Origin: a virus | IMG/VR virus record: IMGVR_UViG_3300044691_000591 | Coordinates: 1-64,000 of that record | Length of the DNA stretch: 64,000 nt | Strand: one strand, 5' to 3' | Part shown: positions 56,219 through 63,675 of the stretch, in pieces | Position numbering within the stretch: the stretch's first letter is position 1 | Layout: every line of letters begins with the position of its first letter | The notes under the pieces: generated by a model | What the model saw: only the letters and a program-made list of their open reading frames with translations | The model's database searches: none | What the model was told of the DNA's origin: nothing | Position numbers and translations under genes: made by a program

Positions 56219-57886
56219 TCAGCCCCCCTGCTTGTCCATGTAGAACTCCCGCTCGGCGGGCGTGGTCAGAGGCGAGTCGACGACTGCCCGATAGATGCCG
56301 CCGTGCCGGGTCTCGGCGTTGGCGGCCAGGACGCGCACCGCTTCACTGCCGCGCTGGGCGCTCTTCTCGATCTCCTCGGCCCTCAGGCGCAGCACCTGGG
56401 ATCGTTCCGCGAGGCGCGACAGAAGCGCGACGATCCGGGCACCCCCATGGACGCTCTTCGCGTTCTCGGCCAGGCGCTGCGCCCGGGTCGCCATCTCCAC
56501 GGCCTGCAGGCGGGTGGCCTTGCTGCCCTCGGCGACGCGGCCCATCGCGGCCTTCTTGTCACCCAGGCGGCGTTCGAAGGCCTTGAGGGTGCGGACCTCG
56601 CCGCGGCTCATCGTGTGGCTCGCCCCGTCGGCGACGAACTCGACGGCCTTGTCTCCGACGGAGGTCACCCGTGCGGGCTCTGCAGCAGTCGGGGCCGGCT
56701 TCTTGGCGAGGTCGACGGTCGACCCGCTGGCCGGCGGCAGCTTCGGAGCGGCTGACTTCTTGGGCTTGACGGCGTTGCGGGCCCGGGTGTCGCTCATCTT
56801 CTTGCCCTCCGCCTTGTCGGCGGCGGTGCGGTCGTCCCAGCCGTCGACAGCGCCGTCCTTGTAGGCCCTGGCCTGTCCGACGGTCGCGGCGACGCGGGTG
56901 CCGTCGCGGTACCCGGCCTCCCGCGCGGGGCGGGTGCGCAGCTTCGGAGCGGCGGCCGGCTCGGTTGTCGCGGCCGGGCTCGGCTTGGCCGCGGCGCTGG
57001 TGTCCTTCACCAGATCGACGGGCGCAGTGTCGTCGGGCTTGATCGCAGCGGCGGTCTTGGTGTTCAGGCTCTTCGGGTCGGCCTTCTTCGTCAGGTCCGG
57101 TCCGTCGGGGCGCGCGGCAGCGGGCGTCGAGGGTTCCGGCGTCTTGGCTGCGGTGCCGCCTTTCGCGCTCGCGGGCCCCGCGGTCTTGGCGTCCGCCCCC
57201 TTGGGGCTCGGGCCCTTGGCGGTCTTGGTGTCGCGGTAGTCCCGGTCGTCGTTCTTGGAGACCGTGTCCGCTGTCGCGGCCTTCGCGTTCGACGTCTTCG
57301 CGGCGCTACTGTCCGCCTTCTTCAGATCCTTGTTGTCCCGGGCTGCAGTGTCGGCCTTCGACGTCCTGGCGTCGGAGGTCTTGGCGTCCGTCGCGGCCTT
57401 GCGGTCGCGGTTGGTCCTGCCCTGCTGCGTCTTGTTCCGGAGGTCGGCCAGCTTGCTGTCGCGGGTGGCGTGGGCCTTGCCGTCGTGCCGGTGCGTGCGC
57501 TCGGCCTTGTTCGTGCCGGTGCTGGTAGCGCCGGAGACCCGGGCCTCAGTGATGGTGTGGGTCCGCTTGACCGCTGTACCGCCGCGGGCCAGCCGGGCGG
57601 CCAGGGCGTGCACCAGGGCGGCCACGGCGCTGCCGCGGTTGTTGTCGCCTGGACTGGCCTTGCCGTTCTTGCCGTTGCCGCCCTTGGCGCTGGCCTCCTC
57701 GGAGACCTCGCCCATGGTCGCCGTGGTCCCCAGCGGCTTCACCGGCCGGGCGGGCTCGACCGGCGTCAGGATCCGCGCAAGCGGGCCCGGCGCCGTGGCC
57801 GGGGCGGCTGCAGCAGCGGGTCCTGCGGGCGCGGCCGACTGCTCGGTCACACCGGCCGGGACGGGCGGCGCGGTCGCTGTCGCCAT
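56219..57886 (-). CDS. Large low-complexity K/A/T-rich protein with C-terminal helical domain
   Basis: REAGYRDG motif; ends HGGIYRAVVDSPLTTPAEREFY; RBS GAGGAG. Confidence 0.75.
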   Translation of the reverse strand: MATATAPPVPAGVTEQSAAPAGPAAAAAPATAPGPLARILTPVEPARPVKPLGTTATMGEVSEEASAKGGNGKNGKASPGDNNRGSAVAALVHALAARLARGGTAVKRTHTITEARVSGATSTGTNKAERTHRHDGKAHATRDSKLADLRNKTQQGRTNRDRKAATDAKTSDARTSKADTAARDNKDLKKADSSAAKTSNAKAATADTVSKNDDRDYRDTKTAKGPSPKGADAKTAGPASAKGGTAAKTPEPSTPAAARPDGPDLTKKADPKSLNTKTAAAIKPDDTAPVDLVKDTSAAAKPSPAATTEPAAAPKLRTRPAREAGYRDGTRVAATVGQARAYKDGAVDGWDDRTAADKAEGKKMSDTRARNAVKPKKSAAPKLPPASGSTVDLAKKPAPTAAEPARVTSVGDKAVEFVADGASHTMSRGEVRTLKAFERRLGDKKAAMGRVAEGSKATRLQAVEMATRAQRLAENAKSVHGGARIVALLSRLAERSQVLRLRAEEIEKSAQRGSEAVRVLAANAETRHGGIYRAVVDSPLTTPAEREFYMDKQGG

Positions 57887-57908
57887 CACGGACTCCTCTC
57901 TCGATTGA

Positions 57909-58014
57909 CCCCCCACCCACCCCCCACCCGACCTGAGAGAACAGGGTCGGGGCTCTGACCTGCACGGGAGAGCCGTATGCGCGCTCTCTTGGCGGGTGGG
58001 GGGTGGGTGGGGGG
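57909..58014. repeat. Perfect 22-bp G/C-tract inverted repeat, 62-bp spacer
   Basis: CCCCCCACCCACCCCCCACCCG (57909-57930) / CGGGTGGGGGGTGGGTGGGGGG (57993-58014). Confidence 0.9.
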
Positions 58015-58020
58015 AGATGA

Positions 58021-58590
58021 CTAACGGCTGCGTGCGGTCAGCAACTTCTTCGCCTTGCCGCCGACCAGCACGACACCGATCGACCCCAGGACGATCAGCC
58101 CGACGTTCGAGCCGGTCCCCGCCCCACCGCCGGTGCTGCTGGTGCTCGACGCGTCGGCCAGGGCGGGCGAACCGGTCGCCGGGTAGATCGAGCCGCAGTC
58201 CGACACCCCGCCGAAGTTGTTGCCGGCCTTCGCGATGCACGCCTCCACCGCGAGACGACGAGCCCGCTGAGCAGGGGTTTCCTGCGCAGCGGCCTTCGCC
58301 TGGGCGGCGGCCTGCTGCTCCTGGGCCAGCTGCACCCTCGCCGCATCCACGGCGACCTGGCCGGCGCGGATATGCGCGTTGGCCTGGTTGGCCTCGTACT
58401 GCGACCACGTGAACATGCCAGTGGCCGCCACGGCCGCGAAGCCAAGACCGAGACCGGCCTTGGCGCGAGGGCTGAGCTTGGCCGGCGGCGGGGGCTCCGT
58501 CGGCTTCGGCGTCTGGTAGGGCTGATAGGGCATCGAGCTGATGTTGTAGCCGGGATCGTTGTAGGGGGACTGGTAGCGGTACTCGGTCAT
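58021..58590 (-). CDS. Two-TM membrane protein with extracytoplasmic coiled coil (Spd-like position)
   Basis: TM, Q/A coiled coil, Cys pair, second TM, basic tail. Confidence 0.75.
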   Translation of the reverse strand: MTEYRYQSPYNDPGYNISSMPYQPYQTPKPTEPPPPAKLSPRAKAGLGLGFAAVAATGMFTWSQYEANQANAHIRAGQVAVDAARVQLAQEQQAAAQAKAAAQETPAQRARRLAVEACIAKAGNNFGGVSDCGSIYPATGSPALADASSTSSTGGGAGTGSNVGLIVLGSIGVVLVGGKAKKLLTARSR

Positions 58591-59486
58591 TGCTCTTCTC
58601 CATTCAGGGCTGGGACATCTGCGCGGTCGAGGATCTCCGCGCGGATCGTCTTCGCGACGGTGTCCGAAGGCAGCCCGTGGCCGGCTCGGTCGATCGCTTG
58701 GGCGAACTCGTTGGCGGTCGGCTGGCGCCGGAGGCGTTGGAACTCGGCGTGGAAAATCGGCTTGGCGATCTCCACCCACTCGTCGAGTGGGCGACGGGGC
58801 GGTCGCTTCCCGGCGGCGGAACGGGGCGCCTTCGGTCGACGAGTCGTCGGCGGCTTGGCCGGCTTCTCGTCGACGGAAGGTGCGTCGGAACGGTCGACGG
58901 AAGCCGTCGGGTCGTCGACGGTTCGGGCCGGTTCCGACGCGACGGGAAGCGTCGGTTCGACGCCGCTCCCGTCGACGGGAGCCCGTGTTCCGTCGGTCGT
59001 TCCGTCGTCGGCAGCGGACTGATCCGTCGCAGCATCCGTCAATGACTCGGTCGGCTCCCGTCGCGGGGTGAGGAACTTCTTGATCTGTCCCATGAGGACT
59101 GCGAATGACAAAAGCGCGCCGCAAGGTGGGACCGCTGCGACGACGTAGGTCATGGGCGCGGCGCCTGCTCCGACGCCGGCAACGTTGAGGGCAACGGAGC
59201 CGACGGAGCCGATCAGAGTCAGGCAGATGGCCCACCCGTCAGTCCGGCGGAGCAGGTTGGCGACGAGGACCATCACCTCGCCGAGGACGATGAAGGTGTC
59301 GACGGTGCCGGGCCACGCCCAGGCGCGAGCTGCTCTGAGGCCGTGGCCGCTGGCAACGTCGTGGAGGTGCTCGTAGGAGAGCCAGAACGCTGCGGCGGTC
59401 AGGGCGATGGAGAGGATGACCGCGAGCAGCATGAGGCGCCGGATAGTCTCCGGCGAAGCGACGGGACTGTCGTCGGTCTCGGTCAT
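58587..59486 (-). CDS. DUF2637 (Spd-like) membrane protein with C-terminal helical DNA-binding-like domain
   Basis: AFWLSYEHLHDVA...RAWAWPGTVD...SVALNVAGV...AAVPP; four TM helices. Confidence 0.85.
   Translation of the reverse strand: MTETDDSPVASPETIRRLMLLAVILSIALTAAAFWLSYEHLHDVASGHGLRAARAWAWPGTVDTFIVLGEVMVLVANLLRRTDGWAICLTLIGSVGSVALNVAGVGAGAAPMTYVVAAVPPCGALLSFAVLMGQIKKFLTPRREPTESLTDAATDQSAADDGTTDGTRAPVDGSGVEPTLPVASEPARTVDDPTASVDRSDAPSVDEKPAKPPTTRRPKAPRSAAGKRPPRRPLDEWVEIAKPIFHAEFQRLRRQPTANEFAQAIDRAGHGLPSDTVAKTIRAEILDRADVPALNGEEQ
58869..59063. repeat. Oriented CGACGG repeats converging on an 18-bp palindrome
   Basis: GTCGACGG at 58869, 58893, 58914; CGACGGGA at 58940; GCTCCCGTCGACGGGAGC at 58965-58982; inverted copies at 58988, 59000, 59022, 59034, 59056. 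Confidence 0.7.
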
Positions 59487-59488
59487 GG

Positions 59489-60379
59489 TCAGCTCCCCTG
59501 CTTGGCGGCGGTGAGCGCCTGCTCGTTGTGCCCCCGGATGAAGTCGGCCAGGGGTCCGGTGTTCTCGAACCACTCGGTGCTGCCGACGCGCTGGTCGGCG
59601 AAGCGCTTGTGCATGGCCTGCTCCATGCGGCGGTCACCGGCAATGAGCAGGACGATGTCGCTGGTGCGCAGCGAGAGGGCGCTCACCCGGGCGCGGAGGC
59701 TGCTGGTCGTGCCGATCTTGACGCGGCTGCCGTTGCCGATGAAGTAAACGTGGGCCTTGTGCTTGCCCTCCGGGACCGGCCAGTTGAAGCGCGGCTCTGC
59801 CGGCTTGGCAGCCATGGGCGCGGTCGCCGGCGCGTCGAGGTTGAGGTGGGCGAGCGCAGCCAGCCGCCTTTCCAGCCGAGCCTTCTGCCTCTTCGCTTCG
59901 AGCGCTACGCCGCGCTGCTTGTTCCGCTCGATCAGGAGGTGGTCGATCTCGGACTGATCGTCCGGGTGCAGGGACTGGGTCTTCATCCAGGCGCGCCACA
60001 GCCACGTCACGGGGATGGCGAGCATCGAGATCACCGCGCCGTCCCAGGGTCCAGTGCGAGGCCAGCCCGTCCAGGTGATCAGCGAGAGGATGATCACCTG
60101 GAGCAGCAGACCGCCGCGGCGGCCGAGAAAGGCGCCCTCGGAGTCGTAGCGGTTGTCCCACTCGACCCAGGCGCACCAGAGCCAGAGCAGGCCAAAGATG
60201 CCGCCGGCGAGATACATCTGGACTTGGTCCTGCCACGTCTTGGCCCATGGAGCGAGCAGGGACCCAAGGAGCCCCGCCTCGCAGGTGGCAGTCACGAACA
60301 TCAGGACGGCGGTGATCCATCCGGTGACTGCTGCCTCGTGGTCGCGGGACTCCTTGGTGGGCTGCTCGATCGTGCTCAC
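59489..60379 (-). CDS. Four-TM membrane protein fused to a GIY-YIG/T5orf172 nuclease domain
   Basis: HVYFIGNGSRVKIGTT...R...E..MHKRF...EWF. Confidence 0.82.
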   Translation of the reverse strand: MSTIEQPTKESRDHEAAVTGWITAVLMFVTATCEAGLLGSLLAPWAKTWQDQVQMYLAGGIFGLLWLWCAWVEWDNRYDSEGAFLGRRGGLLLQVIILSLITWTGWPRTGPWDGAVISMLAIPVTWLWRAWMKTQSLHPDDQSEIDHLLIERNKQRGVALEAKRQKARLERRLAALAHLNLDAPATAPMAAKPAEPRFNWPVPEGKHKAHVYFIGNGSRVKIGTTSSLRARVSALSLRTSDIVLLIAGDRRMEQAMHKRFADQRVGSTEWFENTGPLADFIRGHNEQALTAAKQGS

Positions 60380-60518
60380 GTGTTGCTGCTCCTATTCGGG
60401 CGACGTGGATGCGTGCTCTGCGGGGTGGCGCCCGTCCCGCCGGGGGTGCGGGCCGGGCGCCGGGCGTCCAGTCCGGCCGCGGGGGACGGAATCGGGCTGG
60501 ACGCGTCTTGGGGCTGCC

Positions 60519-60743
60519 TCAGTGGCTGAGGCAGCGGTCGTGGTTGGACATGGTGCAGGCGGCGCGGCGGGCGCGGCGCTGGGGCATGATCTCGGCGTAG
60601 TAGGCGTCGGAAGCCTTCTGGCGGGCGGCCGCGTCGGCGGCTTGGCGCCGGTTGTCGGCGGCGGCTTCCTGGCGGCGCTTCTCGGAGTCGTGGTAGCTGG
60701 TGTCGGTGGCGGGTGCCTTGGGTGCGAACGGGTTCCAGGCCAT
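60519..60743 (-). CDS. Hypothetical protein
   Basis: 74 aa, RBS GGAGG. Confidence 0.65.
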   Translation of the reverse strand: MAWNPFAPKAPATDTSYHDSEKRRQEAAADNRRQAADAAARQKASDAYYAEIMPQRRARRAACTMSNHDRCLSH

Positions 60744-60746
60744 GCG

Positions 60747-61067
60747 TCAGTCCTCCATTGCGGTGAGCTGGGGCAGGTGTCCGCCGTTGAGTTCCCGCAG
60801 CTGGTTGAGGGCGGTGCGGAAGGCGTCGGCGGCGTCGGGGCGTTGGGCGTAGCTGGCGTCGACGAGGTTCTGGGCGAGCTGGTTGACGCGGGCGACGGCG
60901 GCGGTGACCTGGTCGCGCTTCTCTTCGGCCTGACTCGCGAGCCAGAGGGCGTGGAAGTCGACGGCACCGTCGGCTGCGGTGTACTGGTCGAGGACGGCTT
61001 TGATCTCCGCGTCGGTGGCGGGGCGTCCGCCGGGCTGGTCTGCGCTGTAGATCGTGGGCTGGGTCAT
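60747..61067 (-). CDS. Hypothetical helical protein
   Basis: 106 aa, ATGA-coupled. Confidence 0.65.
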   Translation of the reverse strand: MTQPTIYSADQPGGRPATDAEIKAVLDQYTAADGAVDFHALWLASQAEEKRDQVTAAVARVNQLAQNLVDASYAQRPDAADAFRTALNQLRELNGGHLPQLTAMED

Positions 61068-61207
61068 CGGTGGGCCTTCTTCGTGGCGTGCACGGTCGGG
61101 TGGCTGGGCGCGTAGGTGTGGGCGCTGGCGGTTCCGGCGTGGCTGTAGCACCAGATCGCGGCGCCGATGATCGCGGCGACGGCGCACTTGGCGAGGAAGG
61201 CCCTCAT
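61064..61207 (-). CDS. 47-aa putative secreted peptide (below ORF-track cutoff)
   Basis: MRAFLAKCAVAAIIGAAIWCYSHAGTASA-HTYAPSHPTVHATKKAHR; ATGA overlaps at both ends. Confidence 0.65.
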   Translation of the reverse strand: MRAFLAKCAVAAIIGAAIWCYSHAGTASAHTYAPSHPTVHATKKAHR

Positions 61208-61617
61208 CGCGCACCGCCTGCCTGGTTGTAGAGCACGGCACCGTCGGGGTAGCTGAGGCCGTAGGCGGCGGCGAGTTTGCGGGCCATGTCTTCGACGCCG
61301 TCCTCGAAGCCGTCCGCGTCTTCGCTGCCGGTGAGGTAGTGGTCGACGTAGGTGAGGAGCACGTCCTGGGCGGTGTCGTTGTCGGCGTCGAGGGCGTCTC
61401 CGAGGTAGGTGAGTGCGGCGTTGAGGGTGTCGGCGTGGTCTTGGTCGCTGGCTTCGAGGTGGTCGCGGGCGGCGGTGAGGAGTTCGGCGAGGGTGACGCC
61501 GTCGATGTCGGTGTGGCCGCCGGGTGGGCAGCCGGGGGCGAGGAATGCGATGTCGTTGGCGTGGCGGGCGATGATCGCTTTGAGGCGGGGGCTGGCGTCC
61601 GGGTCGGTGGCGGTCAT
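61204..61617 (-). CDS. Acidic hypothetical protein
   Basis: 137 aa, D-rich, coupled. Confidence 0.65.
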   Translation of the reverse strand: MTATDPDASPRLKAIIARHANDIAFLAPGCPPGGHTDIDGVTLAELLTAARDHLEASDQDHADTLNAALTYLGDALDADNDTAQDVLLTYVDHYLTGSEDADGFEDGVEDMARKLAAAYGLSYPDGAVLYNQAGGAR

Positions 61618-61865
61618 GCCGGGCTCCCGAGCTGGTTGGGCTCCAGGGAGAAGAACAGGACCGTCGGGGGCTGGCCGCCAGTGGCGTCCTTCATCACGAA
61701 GGCGCGGACGACCTCGTACACCTCGGCGCGGGTCTGGCCCGGCTCCGGGGTGAAGGTGGAGCGCCAGGTGCCGGAGATTTCGCCGTCCCGGGTGGGCCAC
61801 TGTGCGGACATGACCCAGTGGTGGCTGCCCTGCGGGTTCGGGCCGGGAGGCGTCGGGGTGCTCAT
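61614..61865 (-). CDS. Small protein, paralog 2 (VLFFSL motif)
   Basis: HWVMSA...GTW...YEVVR...VLFFSLEPNQLG. Confidence 0.7.
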   Translation of the reverse strand: MSTPTPPGPNPQGSHHWVMSAQWPTRDGEISGTWRSTFTPEPGQTRAEVYEVVRAFVMKDATGGQPPTVLFFSLEPNQLGSPA

Positions 61866-62098
61866 GCCGCACCGCCGATGGCGTCCGGTGTGAGCGAGAA
61901 GAACAGGACGACGAACTCGGCACTGCCGATCTTGTCGGCCACGATGTCGCGGATGACGTTGTAGCTGCTGGTGTGGGTGTGCATGCCGGGGACGGCGTTG
62001 ATCGATCCGTCGAAGGTTCCCTGGAGTCCACGGGGCGATAGGGCCGTCATGATCCAGTGGAGTTCGATCTCGGGGAGCCCTGCCTCGGCGGCGTTCAC
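61862..62098 (-). CDS. Small protein, paralog 1 (VLFFSL motif)
   Basis: HWIMTA...GTF...YNVIR...VLFFSLTPDAIG. Confidence 0.7.
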   Translation of the reverse strand: MNAAEAGLPEIELHWIMTALSPRGLQGTFDGSINAVPGMHTHTSSYNVIRDIVADKIGSAEFVVLFFSLTPDAIGGAA

Positions 62099-62334
62099 GC
62101 CGCACCGCCGGGCAGGTCCTCGCCGAACGCCCGGTCGGCCGCGAACTGGAACCGGTCGTAGCTGCCGTAAGCCCCGAGGGCGTGGTCGACGTCAGCGTCG
62201 GTGGGCCAGGTGGCGGGGACCTCGGTGAGCGGACGCGACGGCGGGGCCGGAAGGGCGGTGACCCGAGCGCCGGAGCTGGGCTCTGACGGCGAGGGGGTGA
62301 CGTGGTCAATGAGGTTGGCGCTACGATCTGCCAT
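62095..62334 (-). CDS. Hypothetical protein, first gene of the transfer-like operon
   Basis: 79 aa, RBS ACAGGAAG. Confidence 0.6.
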   Translation of the reverse strand: MADRSANLIDHVTPSPSEPSSGARVTALPAPPSRPLTEVPATWPTDADVDHALGAYGSYDRFQFAADRAFGEDLPGGAA

Positions 62335-62368
62335 GTTCGCTTCCTGTTCAGAGCAGGTGGCGGATGTA

Positions 62369-62472
62369 CTCAGCCCGGTGTGCAACCACCGGATTGAGGT
62401 TGGGCCGCCGGGTGTGCAACCACCCGGCGGCCGTTCTGCGGCCCCGATCCGACTGCAACACCGGATTGGGGC
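62369..62472 (-). promoter_or_regulatory. Three tandem hairpins with identical GUUGCA loops in the 5' leader
   Basis: Stems 62369-62398, 62403-62432, 62441-62472; loops TGCAAC (+ strand) at 62381, 62415, 62454. Confidence 0.85.
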
Positions 62473-62491
62473 TTTGTGTTGTGCGGGTTCC

Positions 62492-62521
62492 AACATACGC
62501 AGACCCGATTGACCGCGTCAA
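62492..62521 (-). promoter_or_regulatory. Promoter TTGACG-N18-TATGTT with palindromic operator
   Basis: TTGAC-CGC-GTCAA (62509-62521) overlaps the -35 element; divergent from an HTH gene. Confidence 0.65.
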
Positions 62522-62544
62522 CAAGGTACGGGAGACTTCACCAT

Positions 62545-62814
62545 ATGCCGACGACCTCCACCGGAGAGGAGCACCCCGACCTGATGACCATTCCGGAGAT
62601 CGCCGCGTACAAGGGCCTCACCCGGCAGCGGATCCACAAGCTGGCCACGACCGATCCGAACTGGCCAGCCCCCGCGATTCAGGCAGCCAGGACTCGTGTC
62701 TACCGGCGCACGGACGTCGACTTGTACTTCGAGACGCGCCAGGTCAATCCGGGACGCCGCACGGATCTGGAGTCGAAGCCCGACGCCACCCCACCGTCCG
62801 AGCAAGGAGCCTGA
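62545..62814 (+). CDS. AlpA/excisionase-like HTH regulator
   Basis: LMTIPEIAAYKGLTRQRIHKLA...WPAP...PGRRTDL. Confidence 0.8.
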   Translation: MPTTSTGEEHPDLMTIPEIAAYKGLTRQRIHKLATTDPNWPAPAIQAARTRVYRRTDVDLYFETRQVNPGRRTDLESKPDATPPSEQGA

Positions 62815-62816
62815 TC

Positions 62817-63068
62817 ATGTCCGCCCGCTGCGACTTCACCGACCTGCCCGTAGACCAGTGCAGCCACTGCCTGAAGCAGCCCGACCCGGAGCGGGAGGAG
62901 CGCCGCGAGCTGGCCGCGCTGCTCGGCCGGCCGGGTTGGGTCGCGTCGTCGTTCCGTGGCCAGTGCGGGCATTGCGGGGAGTGGTACGGGGCTGGGATGC
63001 CGATCCATATTGCCCGGGATGAGCGGGCCTGGGTGGGCGGCTGCTGCGCGGACGTGTTCCAGCAGTAG
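62817..63068 (+). CDS. Cys-rich zinc-binding protein
   Basis: C..TDL..DQCSHC, CGHC, CC. Confidence 0.7.
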   Translation: MSARCDFTDLPVDQCSHCLKQPDPEREERRELAALLGRPGWVASSFRGQCGHCGEWYGAGMPIHIARDERAWVGGCCADVFQQ

Positions 63069-63081
63069 CCCGGGCATGCAG

Positions 63082-63114
63082 GAGCGCCCCCGACCGCGAT
63101 GGTCGGGGGCGCTC
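63082..63114. terminator. Hairpin between convergent genes
   Basis: GAGCGCCCCCGACC-gcgat-GGTCGGGGGCGCTC. Confidence 0.7.
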
Positions 63115-63126
63115 TGTCGTGCCGTC

Positions 63127-63396
63127 CTACCCGAGCTTGCTCCGCCCGGTCTTCCCGCGCTGCGCGGGCGCCTTGCCGGCGCGCCTGGGTCCGCGGGTGC
63201 GGGGCTTGATCATGCCGTCGGCGAGGTTGATCCCGGGCAGTGCTGCAACGGCGGCGGGATGGTTGGGCTGGCAGGTGGCGCAGAAGATCTCCGACGCCGG
63301 TCCCTCGGGGTAGGTCATGGTCGAGGGCGGCAGGTAGTGGTTGCCGCAGCGCTCGTCCTGGCAGACGAAGATCCCGCGGGTGATGTCGTCGGTCAT
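63127..63396 (-). CDS. Small zinc-binding protein with basic tail
   Basis: C....C, CATC. Confidence 0.6.
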   Translation of the reverse strand: MTDDITRGIFVCQDERCGNHYLPPSTMTYPEGPASEIFCATCQPNHPAAVAALPGINLADGMIKPRTRGPRRAGKAPAQRGKTGRSKLG

Positions 63397-63548
63397 CCGA
63401 TCCTCCCGGATCCGCCGCAGCTGGAGCAGGTGCCGTAGGTGTGGTGGGCGACGGGCACGGTCTCGCCCTTCTCGTTGATCTCGTAGGTGTATTCGACCTT
63501 GGGTGTCTGGCCGCTTCCGCCGCACGCCGAGCAGGGCTGGTCGGGCAT
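63393..63548 (-). CDS. 51-aa DnaJ-type zinc finger protein
   Basis: CSACGGSG...CSSCGGSG. Confidence 0.7.
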   Translation of the reverse strand: MPDQPCSACGGSGQTPKVEYTYEINEKGETVPVAHHTYGTCSSCGGSGRIG

Positions 63549-63675
63549 CGTCGCCTCCGAGGGTTGAGGTCTATCCACGGTAGCGGCGCCGGGGCTGGCA
63601 GAGGAGATGGTCACCCGAACGTGAGCGGCGCGCCCCGTGCCCCTTCGTTGTGCTCGACGCGCGCCGCAGGACAGG

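Noticed and set aside
62369-62472. Possible mini CRISPR array
   Set aside because: The conserved part is only a 6-nt loop, there are no repeat-spacer units of CRISPR size, and no cas genes
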